NCBI GenBank assembly: GCA_044892525.1
Contig: CM097885.1
Location: 33,048,001-33,112,000, forward strand
DNA from: Schmidtea polychroa
Lineage: Eukaryota
Length of the DNA: 64,000 nucleotides
Reading direction: 5' to 3'
In this document: piece after piece, positions 28,032 through 42,064 of the stretch
Position numbering within the stretch: the stretch's first letter is position 1
How the letters are laid out: each line of letters begins with the position of its first letter
The notes under the pieces: model-generated
What the model was told of the DNA's origin: nothing
Databases searched by the model: none
Seen by the model: the letters and a program-made list of their open reading frames with translations, nothing else
Translations under genes and position numbers: made by a program

Positions 28032-29120
28032 CTGAAATATAAAGAATGGTAACCAACAAATCGTAAAACAGCCCATAATGACTCCAAGAGTTTTGATGGC
28101 TTTAGAGTCATTATTTCTTTTACCCGAATTAAATCTTTTTTTAGAATTGTAATTGAGTTCATCATCCGATTCTGCGAAATTAATTTTGATATTTGGAACA
28201 TTTAAATGTTTATTTGCTTCTTCATTATTGAGTTTGTTCTCAAACTCGGTTTTGTCAGTAATATTATTGTTATTGTTGTTATCGTTAATATTATTTTTGA
28301 AATTAGAATTTCTTTTTGACTGTTTCGTTTCTTTACCACCCATTTTTTCCTGGACATAAATATAATTTGCAAGTCTAAAAATGCGCCCATATAAAACCAA
28401 CATGACAATCAGAGGTAAATAGAAAGCTATAAATGTTGCATATATTTGATATCCGAGATTTTCGCTATAATCACAGTAATATTTTGATTTCGGATTACTC
28501 CATCCGAATAAAGGGGGTACGCTTATCAATGCTGAGGCAGCCCAAACTATTAAAATCATAAGTAGCATTCGTTTTGTTGTTCTGTGCGTTGCATATCGAA
28601 AAGGTTGAGTAATTATAAAATACCTGTCTACAGATATTGCACATAAATTTAATATTGAAGAAGTGCACAATAAAACATCAAATAAAATAAATCCACTGCA
28701 TATGTAATCATTGAATATCCAATACCCTTTGATTTGATAAATACTCGCCATTGGTATGACCAAAGTTCCCACCATCAAATCAGTAACCGCTAAATTGATG
28801 ATTAACATGTTGCAAGGAGTTCGTAATCGACGCACCAAGAAAAATGCAAAAATCATCAACGAGTTTCCGATTACAGTTCCAAGGAAAAGAATCGACAGCA
28901 TCACATATAAAATAATTAAAGTCACAGGATGATATCGTTCGGGCCAACATTGCGGAGGTAGATTGTATAGTCCTGTCATATTCCAAGCCCGTACGGAACG
29001 GGCGCACGCCAAATGGGTGCTTTGATTTTTGGAACCGAAAAAATCAATAATCACTTCAAAATCAATCATTTGCATTGATTTTATTTTTTGAAGAATTTCT
29101 GTTAAATTATATTTTTCCAT
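28032..29120 (-). CDS. Aminergic class A GPCR, serotonin 5-HT7-like receptor; coding exon for TM1-TM6, TM7 exon not found
   Basis: GN (TM1), NLAVTD (TM2), D3.32 in FDVLLCTSSILNLCAISVDRY, ISVPPLFGW, YQIYATFIAFYLP (typical of invertebrate 5-HT7-like receptors), KAIKTLGVIMGCFTICWLPFF; phase-0 donor CAG|GT at 28031. Confidence 0.9.
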
Positions 29121-29569
29121 GTCTGTTATTGATTTGTTGTTAAATAATAATTTAGATTTAAAATATTTCGAATGTCAATTGAAAGTGCATAAATGGATAC
29201 GATTGAAGCATGAACGAATTTCCATACAAATAAACACCACTTATTTCGTGAAAATATTCATTCTTTAACTTAATTGGTTAGAAATAATGGCATTTATCTC
29301 TTCTCTCATTTGTTTTTCTGTTATTCCAGATTCGACGTTTTTACAATGAATTCTTAATTCAATTTTCTTCACATAAAATCTCAATTGTTGTCTGTTGTTG
29401 TGGTTTAATTGCAATGTAAATTCTTTAATAAAAATATAAATAAATAAATAAATATATATAATATATATAAATATATATAAATAAATATATATATGAAAAT
29501 CGATAAAAACACAAATTCAATATAAAAATTTAAAGTACAAAATATTAATTAAAAATCAAAAATTTTTAA

Positions 29570-30287
29570 AATGAATATTTTCCAGGGGAAACTGGTATGG
29601 GTGGATGCTAAATAATGAGACGAGTTCAGCTATAGTAAAATAAAATCAATAGAGGGTCCCTAAAAGGAATAAATTACAAAAAAACAAAAATTAATTAAAA
29701 ATTAATTAACTAATGGAGAACCCTAGCTAATGGAAAACCCGAACGAATTGAGAAAACCTGAATTAGCAATTCAATTTTGGGAAGGTAGTTAAATTAGCCG
29801 AATAAAATAAAAGTGACAAGAGCCGTCAAAGAAAAAGGGGCAATTTCCTTAAATTGAATTAGATTACAAGAGGAAGCCAGGGGGAAGTTAGACCCAAACT
29901 AATTTGCAAAAATAAAGTCAATTACCAAGTGGGTATAAAAACAACTGGCAAGAAAACATAACTGCCAGTTGGTCGAAGAAAAGAAAATAAAAGTTTGACG
30001 AGAGCGAAAAAGGAAACATTAAAGTTAGTAGAAAATAAATAATTTAAAAATCGAACGTACCAGAAAGGGACATATCCCGTTGGAAGATCTACCCCTGCGT
30101 GAGATTTGTTGACAAATTGAAAAGTGCAGACAAAACCTGATTGTATCAAGTGTGAGTAAACTAATAAAAAGTGGAAAGGTGTAACTGCATCAGTGTTAAT
30201 AAAGATTTTGTGTTGGGTCGTTTGTTTATTTTGAAAAGAACACAAAGGAGTCAGACCGTAGTACCGACTTATATTAAAAACCCAACA
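29570..30287. repeat. Dispersed repeat, copy 2, about 450 bp upstream of the GPCR start codon
   Basis: Homologous to 4795-5375; begins TGTTGGG on the minus strand. Confidence 0.6.
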
Positions 30288-30558
30288 TATATATATATAT
30301 ATATAAAGATTCAAGTAAAAGTCGAGTGAAAATCTGCAAAATTAATTAGAATTTGAAAAGCAAATTTATAATATAAAAAATTATTAAAAATCTCATTAAG
30401 AAACGCATTTTATTTAGAAAAAAGAATCACCTAGTTTGATAGGATTGTGTCTCACAATGCTAATTTATTGTTGTTTATCATTGAGAGTTAAAAATAATTT
30501 CTATTATAATTCCAACGTATAAAATTTACAAAGTAAATTTATTGTAAGTGTAAAATTT

Positions 30559-30968
30559 GGCTATTGTGGAGAATATTATATTAATAATGTAATATAATAT
30601 AATAATTAAACATAATATGAGAATTTGAAGTGATGAATGTTGAAGCTTGTTGGAGTTCTGCAAAAAAAAAGTTCAAATGTATGTATGGAACAAACGAAGC
30701 ACTACTGCCAAGTTATCTTGATGAAAGGATGGCTAGAAAAAGGATTGGTTTTGATAATTTCTTTAATACAATAATTGATCATTTGGCCATTTGGTATAAT
30801 CAAAATTAAAGTCTAGTTTTTTCTTTCTTAATAAATCGCTGGAATTTTATCTTATTGTTAATATATAATTCAAATATTTTTTTTATATTTTAGTTTAATC
30901 ACAAGATACTTATTTATTTATTTATTTATTTATTTTCAAAATCAGTATCCTTATTCTCCACCATAGCC
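30559..30968 (+). mobile_element. Non-autonomous Merlin (ISXO2/IS1595-like) DNA transposon
   Basis: TIRs ggctattgtggagaata / tattctccaccatagcc; 8-bp TSD taaaattt on both sides; 30633-30809 encodes NVEACWSSAKKKFKCMYG...LPSYLDERMAR...FFNTIIDHLAIWY, a Merlin transposase C-terminus. Confidence 0.85.
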
Positions 30969-31576
30969 TAAAATTTATTTAAAATAAATTCATTTATTGA
31001 TTTGAGGAAGAATTAATTGGAATTTCTAATAAGAATAAGCATCAATAAATCGAAAAAAAAATTTGTTAAATAAAATAATTTTAAAATATTTAAATTAAGA
31101 ATTTTACAGTATTTATAACTGTATATATGTATATATATCAATTTAAAAATGTATTTTTATAATTTAAAATGAAGGTTTTGCTATTATTAATATTTTGAAT
31201 ATTAAATTCTTGTTTTGAAAAAGATTTGGTTCGAAGTTGTAGTAAAAGTTTGATTAAAATTTAAACATTATTTTGGTATTTATGAATTTCTCGGATATTA
31301 TATTTACTTTCAAGTTTACACTTAAGAGCATAAATTATGGTTCGTTTAACCATAAATTAAGATATAAAACGTATAAAACGTTATTAATTTATATAAAGAA
31401 AATATAAACACACTTAAAGTAAATATTAATGGCATCATAAATTACGAGCGTTTACTATAGAAAAACAGAAAAATAATTTTGGTGATAAAAATAAAATACA
31501 AACGCACATACACTACATACATCAACCCTATAATAAAAATACATACAAATATTATGGGCAGTGTTATAGTCTATTT

Positions 31577-31652
31577 ATGCAGTAATATATTGCAGTAATA
31601 TATGCAGTAATATATTGCAGTAATATATTGCAGTAATATATGCAGTAATATA
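31577..31652. repeat. Minisatellite (tgcagtaatata[t])n
   Basis: About six tandem 12-14 bp units. Confidence 0.85.
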
Positions 31653-31766
31653 TAATATTAAACGTAATATATTGTTTATTTTATATTGAGTATGCACGTG
31701 GACAAGAAACTGTTGAGCTCAGCCGAGTCTCCTTTAAAAACTAAGGTGGAATAGATGGGGTGAATG

Positions 31767-32820
31767 CAAGGCCAGCTGTGGGTTTTGCGGGGCCTCGGGA
31801 AAATATTATATGCGGGACCTCTCCCCAAAAAAAAAGAAATGATACATAATTTTAGCAATTTATTTAATGAAATATTTATGTCTCCAACATATTCAATAAT
31901 CAACATACATAAACATCATATTTTTTGTTCTTATTTCGTACAAACATTTTAATTTGGAGAAACTGCGTTCAACGGAAGCTACTGAAACAGGCGTTGTTAG
32001 CATAATTATCAATGTTATACATGTAGTGGGATATACATTGTCTATATTATCTTTTCAAATTTGTTTCATGTAATCTTGTATTCTCTTGAATAATTTGTGA
32101 CAAAAAGTTTAACTCATGAAATAAATATAACCATCAATATCAGCATTTTTGCCATCTTGAAGAAATAGATGAAAATCTTTTTTATGTTGATACCGTTATC
32201 ATAAGATTGACCTCGGCAATTTGACAACAATAAATCCTGTTTCGTAAATTCATTCTTAATAGACTTCGTTAAAGCGTTACCAGTTGTATTGTTGACAACT
32301 TAGAAATTAATAAATTGTTCGACAATTTCAACATTTCCATTTTTATCAAGGGTATCGTGTAAGGGGTATCATGTCAAGATTATCATGTCAAGGGTACAGT
32401 CTAGAATGACGAAATAATACGTAGCTGGTTTAATTTTGTTTATTATAGTTTTCCTTACTTTCAAAACAAGAGCACAAATAATTTCGTTTTGAAATGTATG
32501 GTTGAAGAAAAGCTTACGACTATTTTTATGGATAAAACTGTTTATATGGTCATTTAAGTTTTCGTGTTTCATACCCTTTTCTAAAAAATTCAGTTTCATT
32601 ATACATTCGTAATAGCGTTGAGATGTCTTGTGTTCCTTTATTTTATCAGCTTCATGCTTCCAGTCATTAAAACTATTTATAAAAGAATTATTTTGAGTCC
32701 TATTATGAAATAACTTGCAAATGAAACAATATTTGTTATTTCAGAATGAACTAACCATTTTCATTGAACAATTTCTCCGTTAGGCAACCCCCTAAACCCC
32801 TCTCCTTGACTACGCCACTG
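31767..32820 (-). mobile_element. Decayed hAT (Tip100/ZMYM1-like) remnant
   Basis: Minus-strand fragments YFVILDCTLD, EIVEQFINF*VVNNTTG and RGQSYDNG; GC-rich hAT-like ends (caaggccagc..., cagtggcgtag...) do not match each other. Confidence 0.6.
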
Positions 32821-33522
32821 TTTTTCATCCATATTTCCATATTTTTATCTCTTCATTTTGTCAGTTATTCCAAAGTTTAGCGTTTATCATATTTCTAATA
32901 AATAATTTTTTTAATATTTTGAATATCTATAGTAAGTTTTAGGTCTACTTATTATTGAGAACTGATATTTTCCTTGTACTAATATCAATGGCCATTCTGC
33001 CAAAAGACGAAACAAAGAATAATATGGAATGTAAAAAATTATAATTCCAAATATGACAGGTGGCAATGATTTATTAGGGCATTTCTTAATTATAAAAATA
33101 TGCAATTTGAGGGGTTTTCTAGCGTTTTATCACATTCTACCTTCCATGAATATTAGTGTAGCAAATTGAATCCATATAAATTCTAATTTATTTAAAGAAA
33201 TTCCAAGTTAAATTTTTTTAAGATATTTGGAAATGATAATAAATTGGGGGTAAAATATAAATGAAAAGCATCTAACGTAATTTATAATTGAAATATTAAA
33301 TTTAAAGTTAATTATTTTTAAATATTCAGAAATAGATAAAAAATTGATTGATCAAAGTCACAGAACAAGGAGAAAATTACTGCAATCACATAAAAATATT
33401 TTCCAAAATTATTTATAATTGAAAATATTTTATAATAGCTTCAAAAATGTATTTAAATGACGATTTAATAATACTTTCTTATAAAGTGATGATCTTTTGG
33501 TAGTTGCATTAGTTAAAGGTTA

Positions 33523-33670
33523 AACAATTAAATGATAATTTAAGCCTTTTGCTGCGAAAAATATATTCAATAAAATTAAATAATTTTTAACTATAAAAAT
33601 AATCTTTATCTTATCGTTTTATTGAATACAATGCTTCGCAGCAAAATGTTTAAATTATCATTTAATTGTT
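33523..33670. repeat. Foldback palindrome / MITE-like element
   Basis: aacaattaaatgataatttaa..ttttgctgcgaa..tattcaataaaa mirrored by ttttattgaata..ttcgcagcaaaa..ttaaattatcatttaattgtt. Confidence 0.75.
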
Positions 33671-34299
33671 GAACAAATAACACTTACCGCTTTCAAAAAT
33701 ATATCATAAATGACTTGAAATTCATAATAAATACGAAATTTTAATTTTAATAAAATATTGCGAATATAAAAAAATTAAAATTATTTTAAAATAATTTTAG
33801 AAAAATGTAAATTTAATGAAAACTATTACTTTCAACTTACCATGTACTCAAAATATTTGCTCATAACATGTTTGCGGTTTGGTGTTACAGTTAGATAACA
33901 TATACTAATTATGTCTTATTTTTATTCATCCAATTTTCTTCAATTTTTCTTTATAAATATTTAGTTTATAATTTAATCAAAATATACAATTTTCTTCTTT
34001 AAAGCAGAGCTTACAATATTTAAAATAAGAATGCACATAAAATATTTTACAATTTCGATTATGCTGTATTTTTTGTTTTTTTGTTTGTTGTGTTTTTAGT
34101 CTAAGATTTTAGTATGTTACGAAATAATAAAAATATAAAATAGGTACAACATAAATTTGTTTGTACATGTTTACGTTGTCTCATTTGAGGTAATAGCTAT
34201 AAATATTTTCCGTGTGTTTAGGACTGAAAATGTTTCGAATTTATTTACAGCATTTTCGAGGCTGAATGAAATTTAATTTGTTTGGGTTTCGTTATTTGG

Positions 34300-34680
34300 T
34301 ATTTTTTGTTTCGATAATGCGTATGTATTTTCTGGTTTTTCTAATGTTCTTCATTACAGTAACTCGTTTCATTTCATTTATAACAATTTGTAAGGGTCTT
34401 CGTATATTGATTCAAATATGCCAGTGAAGGTTTATTAAACCTAGATCAACTGCTAGTTCCGTTTTTACGGAAGCCGTTTAAGTTGGTTTTTGTATTTTCT
34501 TAGTTTTTTTTGTTATTTCAGTAGCTTTTTGGTATAAACCGTCTCTTCTTAAATACGGTAAGTTTGATTGTTTTCTCTAACACTACTTCGGACTTGTCTG
34601 TTAAATTTGGACAATATCCATTTTTCATTAGTTTTCTTGATAATTGAGTTTGGTTCTAACATTTTCTTTTGGTGATCAGT
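34300..34680 (-). mobile_element. Possible highly decayed Penelope-like fragment
   Basis: LMKNGYCP...LPYL linker followed by CNEE/NIRKTRK resembling the GIY-YIG start; needs frameshifts. Confidence 0.3.
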
Positions 34681-37600
34681 GCTGTCTTACAATCTCCGGG
34701 TTAGACAGTAGGATTGATTCCTTTTTATATTGTATTTTTGCATAGCATGTTGTAATTTTCTGATTCAAACTATTTACTTTGTACAGTTATTATTATTTTG
34801 GACTGAGTTTGTTTTTTAAATTTGAATTGAATTAGCTCGGTTTCGATATTTTCATAAAAATTTGGAAAGAGTATTGATTGTTCAATTAAGTGTAGAGATG
34901 AAGGTTAATCTTTAAACTTGATCTTGAGATGGTTTGTTCATCTCTAACCAGCTTATTATCGAAAGTCAAATATTTGATTCGATGAGGCTTTAGTTTTTTG
35001 AGAAAAATCTTAATAGTTATTTCTTAAATTAGCTTTAGTGGTACATGGTTGCGTCCATGGAAAAATCTTAACCAACTTTAATTAGTTGGTACTTCACTCC
35101 TGAATTTGGACATTCCAATAACGTTGCGTGTGATAGGTCTGTTTAATAATTCTTTTGTTTCGTTCGACTAATTTATTTTGGAATTTCCCTTTATTTTTAT
35201 CAATTCGTTTAATGAGGCTAATGCTTCCGTGTAAAAGTATGAATGGTAAAGATTTTTCATTCCAAAAATGGTCTTTGCATGAAACTGATAGTTTGAACTT
35301 TTTAATGAAACTTAATTTTGTCGGTTTTAAACTGTTTAGATTTATTGATTCCACAATTTACAAGACAAAATATAACTTTGAGCTCCAAATTTTGTAAATA
35401 AGTTGTAAACAATTTAAATATTGGACCGTAAATTCCAAAAAGAACAGTACAGTTATGAAATGTAATGCTGAGACGATTCTGCATGTAAATAAATTCTTTT
35501 TTTTTATGTTATCACTTTTAGAGACTTTAAAAGACACTAACTAGTAGATAATATTTTTAGTCTTTATGACATTATATTTATAAAAAAATTGACTATGAAT
35601 CAATAAAGATATCGATGTTTTTTTTACAAATTTTCGGCTCTGCTTTTTTCAAGTGATTTTTTAAAAATTCGTGAATATCGTAAAAACATCGATATAGTCA
35701 ATTATTTTAATAAATATAATATAAATTTATATAAATTTATTAAAAGAATGTTAAATAATAAGTGATACATGAATGTGAATAAATTTTCAAAAGATTACAA
35801 TTGCAAATACAGAGCTATAATAGAGATGAGGATTACACTTATGTTACGTACGATTATGGAAATGCATTTTTCAAAGCTAAAGAAATTATTTTTATGGGAA
35901 TAACATTATACATTCTTATTTTGTAAAAAATGATTTTTATCAGCATAGAAACTGAAAGCTCAAGTTCTTCTTTAAATGGAGTTTATTTTTTCCGTTTCAA
36001 AATATTAAACCTTTTAATGAATATATCATTTATAATCGTCATAGGCAAAGTCATACTTTAATGGTTATGTCAAATATATTCGCATATTGAAACCTTTTCT
36101 TTATCTTAAGGGTTTTGTGTAATATGTATTCTTTTGTAATATTATAGTGTATTTGAGGAGTTGGTGAATCAAGTTGCATTTGAAAAAAATGAAAACTACA
36201 ATATTTGAAATAACTATAACATCTTATCTCTTTATTTGCATGAAAAACAATATTTTAAAAGAGTAGTCAAGAATATTATTCGCTCATTTGCTTCTGAAAT
36301 GTAATGTTAGCATTTCCCTCTAGAGTTTGTCTTTCTTTTCTCTATCATAAATAACCTTATCCTTGCTATTGAGACTTGTGGATTCGGTAAGATGGAGATG
36401 TCATTTATTTGCATATTTTTTACTAAATACCCTAATACCGTTATATTTAATAAGAGTTTAATAAGAGGACCATATAAATACAGTGTGTAAAGAAGTTTCT
36501 AGACTAATTGGTATGATTATTAACAAAATTATACCATAAAATATTTTTACTTCGAGTTCAGAGAAATATTGTAAAATTCATTAATATCAGTGTTCTGTTT
36601 CGAAAAGTTAAAAATATTTAATAGTACTTAATCATATATTTTAAACTTAATCGGCTTAATTTATTTCATTAAATTCTTAAAAATGTTATAAAGTGTAATT
36701 TGTTTTGATTTTGTTTTAATTATTCTCAAGCTCGAAATATTAAAATCAAAAGTTTGCCACCAATTTCATTATAATTTATAATTTTATAATTAATAATACC
36801 CATTTATTTTAATTTAATTAGAATTAATAGATCTCAACAGTAAATCATTATTTCTCGATAGATAATTTATGATTTATGCCCAAATATTCTTTCTAGATTA
36901 TTCGAGTAGAAACTTTTCGTAACATAAATCTTTGTGCCAGTTACAAAATAAATGCACTAAATGCAATAAAATTTTAAAATATATAGAAAATCTTGAAATC
37001 CTAACTTTTATACTCTAATGACAATTAATATATTAATTAATTAATAAATAAATAAATAAATAATTTAATTAATTAATTAATAATAATAAATTAATAAATT
37101 AATTTTTTATTAATTTTTGTAATAAAAGTAATTATGATGCCTTTGAAACTTTTATAGATAGAAAATTCTAAAATTTGTATTTATAGATATGTTAGATGAT
37201 TAATAAAACTTAAAATAACAAAATTTATTCTGAAATTTTCAATTACACCCAGTAAATGACATATTTAAAAATCTTTTAATTAATGAAACTAAATGTCAAA
37301 TCAAACTATTTAACGATTTCTGCAGAAAATCAAAATTACATTGGACGAAATAGTTTTAATATTAATATAGTTATTTTGTTTGAGATTACTATTACAGCGA
37401 CGATTTTATGTCTTTAAAAGCAACCAAGGCACTGCAACACACATAGTTTTCCTAAATAAAAAGAAAAGAAAAGAAAAGAAAGACAAATTTACAGTCGAGC
37501 ATAGTAATGTCTTAAAAATCAATTATTCGATGTTAAGGACAAAAAAAATTAAAATCGGAACTGTTTGTACTGTAAAATAATGACCTGTTTATTATTTAAT

Positions 37601-38338
37601 TCGTAATCAACTTAGACCTGAAAGACGCACTGTCAGAAGTTTTGAAATTGAAATTGAATTTTAGTGACACCCGTATCAACAACCAATTCTGAAGTCATTC
37701 AGTACATAGAGACAAAATAAGATATAAATAATGAACACGATTTCTCAAGGTCAATTAAACGTCCTCGCCGTTATTATCGATCCACAAAGATTTCATTCAA
37801 CAGATCTTATTTTATAACAAAAATGAAAATCAAATATTTTGTTAGATAAGGAACAGAGAAACGGAATATTTGTATAAGTAAAAATTTTAAAAAGAGCGAC
37901 GTTTCTTTTTTTGTTTTTTATTTGTTAATAAAAATTATTTAAATTTGGTTTTATGCGAAAGGTTTTATAATGAGAATTTTGTTTATTTAATGTTTTAAAT
38001 AATTTAATTAATTTCCTTTATTTTCAACTATTTTTTTGTATTAAAGGTGACATTTTGTAATGACCAGAATTGTTGTCATGAGTTTGGATTTGGGTTTTAA
38101 GCCTATTTTACACCAAACGCCACTCAGATGCATTTCCTATAATATAACAAAAAAATCAATAATCTTACATTATAGAAACATACATACTTACTCTGATTTC
38201 ACGTTGATGTTCTCATTTAGAGTGCAGTCAGATACATTCTATATTATAGAAATCTGAAAAGTGGAAGAAATATTAAAAACTGCACACAAACACAACACAT
38301 ACTAAAAAACACATACAAACTTTTAATTCATCGAAATG

Positions 38339-38986
38339 CACCGCTGAGATACATTTCTATAATAATTCTATTTTAGACAATTTTTGGATAAAAAAAGATC
38401 GCTGAAAATTTTTAAAAATATATTTTTAATGAAATTTCAAGAGCAGAAGAATTTTGTTCAATGTCTTTTCAATCCATATTTGCTTTCCTGAAAGAAGCTT
38501 CTCATATTGAGCTCAGAACAAAAATTATTTTATTTTTATTATTCGGGGATTTTTCCCAAAATGTTTTAGACAAGTAAATATTTTTGGTAATTCATTTATT
38601 TAATTATAATTAAAAACATATCTAACTCACATTTTTTTCGAAAATATTCCAAAATACTTGTCATAAAATATCAAAAATGCCTGAAAATTAATTAAAAATA
38701 ATTTATAATTATAATATTGACTAAAAGTAAAATTTAAGAACTTGAATAATGATCTCATATCTATATGGATCTAAATTCAAGACTTAAACTTTACTTAAAA
38801 TTAAATATCTTACCTGAAAGCCATTTCTAAAATGGCTAAAATTAATTTCCAAAAAACATTCCAAAGCAATTCAGCAAATGATAAATATAAATTGATTACA
38901 GTACAGTGAGAATACAGTACAGTAAATTGGTGAGAGAAATTGTTCTACACGCCAACCATCACTATAGAGAATGTATCTCAGTGGTG
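38339..38986. mobile_element. Possible non-autonomous DNA element bounded by 17-bp inverted repeats
   Basis: caccgctgagatacatt / aatgtatctcagtggtg (16/17); no TSD seen. Confidence 0.4.
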
Positions 38987-40364
38987 TTTGGTGTACTATA
39001 CATACTTTAATGAAAAGGACTAAAATTTTGTTTTAATATTTTTTTCTGAAATAACACTCTAGTAAACATAAACAAATAAAATAGACTTAAATTTCTCTAA
39101 TCAAATTTTATTTTTATTGAAATGCAATGGAAAACTTTACACTATACAGACAACACTCAAACTACACAGTCAATGGCTCCTTGGAAGTTTTGAAAAATTT
39201 GAAATATTTACAAATTATATTCCAAATTATTTAACCATAGTTAGAAAAAAGGGAAAAGTAAATTTAAAAAAGAGGTAGATTAACGTATTATTTGAGTGTT
39301 GCCTGTACAAATATATACAAATATTTATTTAATTTAAATTTTAAAAACACTAAAATATTAAAATTTTTATCGGTTAAACATGAGTTATTTTGTGCAAAAA
39401 GTTCATTTGTAATATTTATCATTATAATCAGCACTGTTTTTTCATATTTTTCACATTTTTCAATTTTTTATACCTTAATGTATAACAGATCCGTAAATCT
39501 GAGTGCCTAAATTATAATTTTTATAGATATTTAACAATTATTAAATATATTATATATAGATTGATAGATCTTTTTTTATTTTTCTTTACTTAAGGGTTTT
39601 AACTTTTAAGTGAATATTTAAAGATTTTCGTTTTTAATTTTGGAAATCATATTTCACGGTGTTTAAATTAATCAATTATTTAATTGAACAAGGAACCACA
39701 GGAATTTTGAAATATTTGATGAATGAATATTTTTGTTTTTTGATGTCAAAATTAAATTTATTTTTGAGGTGAATTTATTATTTGGAAATCTGATTTATGA
39801 AACAAATACATGGAATTTCTTGTGTTGAAAAATCAAATTTTCAAAAATTATTGGCGTCTTATAATTTTTATTCTCCAAACGGTGAATTCCATGCCGATGA
39901 AACCTTTGATCCGATTTTGTTATGTAATTTTACGCTTTTTGAATTATGATATTTTAGGATTATATAATTTATGTCAATATTTTTAAGTTAACTTTTTAAG
40001 TTTCTATGTTAATAATAAAAATATTTAATTTAATATAAATGTCTAATATATTGTTTAAAATAATATTTTTATAAAATACATTGCAAACAACGAGATGAAT
40101 TGCATATTTAGTGTAAATTTGAGTTTTAACTATCATTCTTTCCCGTATTTTTGCATGCTATGTTTCTTAAAATTTTAAAAACATTAAAACATTTAAATTA
40201 TTTATCATTTAAACGTGAGTTATTTATCATAACATTACAAATTTTGTTTTTAATTAAAATTAAAATTCAGTGTCAAAATAAAATCTGTTTGTCCTATTTT
40301 AGAATAATTTAATTAATTATTTTTTTTGAAAAATAATTCGCACATACACTGACATACACAGAAA

Positions 40365-40795
40365 TACTTGCAAAATGCATATATAAAATCTAAAAATATA
40401 TTTGAAAATTTTGTGTAAAAACATAAAAATTTATCACGACTTGATGTACAGAAATACACGCACATACACTGATATTCTAACGAAAGAAATTGAGAAATAT
40501 ATAGAAATAATGTATATAAATACAATCAAAATATCATAAAAAATATTTAAAATAAACTTGCAAAATGCATATATAAAATCTAAAAATATATTTGAAAATT
40601 TTGTGTAAAATTATAAAAATTTATCAAGTTCATCACACGACCTGATGTACTTAAAAATATATAAAATATATATAAAATCTAAAAAAATTTTAAATGGTTA
40701 TTTTAAATTAAATATTAAAATTTAATAAAAAAATTGAAATTTTTGTGTAAAAACATAAAAATTTATCAAGTTCAGCACACGACCTGATGCACTCG
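40365..40795. repeat. Local tandem duplications downstream of the kinase gene
   Basis: acttgcaaaatgcatatataaaatctaaaaatatatttgaaaattttgtgtaaaa twice; aaaatttatcaagttca.cacacgacctgatg twice. Confidence 0.75.
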
Positions 40796-40992
40796 AAAAT
40801 AATAATATATATACTCTCAAATATAGACAACACCAACATTTAAATTTAATACTTTAATATCAATGATTTATTTTAACTACTAAAAGAAATAAGTAGTTCA
40901 TTATTTTATAAAATACTAATTATATAAAATTTATATAAATAATTAAAAATTAGTTAATAAATAAAAAATAAAAAATAAAAATTTAAAATAGT

Positions 40993-41841
40993 TTATTTAT
41001 TTTGAAACAATTTGAAAAGTTTTCTCTTTAAAAACATTTTATAAAACCAGCTACTATTTAATATTTTACTGAATTTGATTCTTTCATCATCTCTATAAGT
41101 CAAACATTTTTCAATTAAAATTTTAGCACTTTTAGAACATTTATAGAATGAAATCGGTGTAATATTACAATAATCATTTTTAGTTTTAAATATTGGTTTG
41201 CCTTCAATACAATAATATATTAAATTCCCAATTTCGAATGCCATATTTTTCTTGACATCGTAAATTAATCCAGCAACAGCTTCATAACTCGAACATCCGA
41301 CGGTTCCAACAAATTGATCATACAATGGAACTTTGCTAATTTTATCATAAAGAGCACTTTCAAAATCAAGAAATTTAATTTTATAAGTAACTTGGTTTAT
41401 CATAATATTTTCAGGTTTGACATCTAAATGATAGACACCTTTGCTGTTTAATTTTAATAAACCTTTCACTATATTCTTTACATATATTTTGACAATATTT
41501 TCTGGTTGTTCTTTTGTGTTAATATAATCGCATAAGGATATCCAATCTCCGTTTAGGTTTTCCATAACAATTGAAAAATCATTTTTGCTCTGAAAAAAAC
41601 TGAGAATTTCTGGACAAAGTTTATTGTCATTAATTAGATTGTTAAAATACATTTCTTTGGGTATTGGAAACGAATAATTTTCATCTTTAATGAACAAATT
41701 CTTTACATTTTTATTTACACATTTTATGATAACAGTTTTATGATCTGGATCTGCATTGGAGAGGTTTTTAGCTATATAAATTGCACTTTTCTTGGACTTT
41801 TGAATAAGTGTAATAAATTTATATTTATTATTTAGAATCAT
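40993..41841 (-). CDS. Intronless divergent Ser/Thr protein kinase (CAMK/Pim-like), possible pseudokinase
   Basis: 282-aa ORF with VIIK (subdomain II), IPKE, YHLDVKPENIM (VIb), KFLDFE (VII), GTVGCSSYE (VIII) and CL...DDERI (XI); no Gly-rich loop. Confidence 0.85.
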   Translation of the reverse strand: MILNNKYKFITLIQKSKKSAIYIAKNLSNADPDHKTVIIKCVNKNVKNLFIKDENYSFPIPKEMYFNNLINDNKLCPEILSFFQSKNDFSIVMENLNGDWISLCDYINTKEQPENIVKIYVKNIVKGLLKLNSKGVYHLDVKPENIMINQVTYKIKFLDFESALYDKISKVPLYDQFVGTVGCSSYEAVAGLIYDVKKNMAFEIGNLIYYCIEGKPIFKTKNDYCNITPISFYKCSKSAKILIEKCLTYRDDERIKFSKILNSSWFYKMFLKRKLFKLFQNK

Positions 41842-42021
41842 TTTAATTAACTTTAAATTATAAAATTAATTGATATTAAAAGAAACCATTTGAAAAAAAT
41901 ATTTATTTTCATAAGATTTGATTGGACAAAAATATTTATTTTAATAATTAATTAAAAAAATATTGTAAAATATTATTATTAATAATTAATTAAAAAATAT
42001 ATTCGCCATTCGTACATCTTT

Positions 42022-42064
42022 TTCACTATATATTTCGATAGCATCATTATCATCATCAGGTTAC
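42022..42064 (-). ncRNA. Minimal hammerhead ribozyme in Penelope pLTR
   Basis: gtaac CTGATGA t gata-atgatgc-tatc GAAA tata TA gtgaa. Confidence 0.72.

Noticed and set aside
34425..34460. LAVDLGLINL on the minus strand resembling a TnpB/Fanzor RuvC-I motif
   Set aside because: No ORF and no downstream RuvC-II, zinc finger or RuvC-III; neighbouring fragments fit a decayed Penelope better
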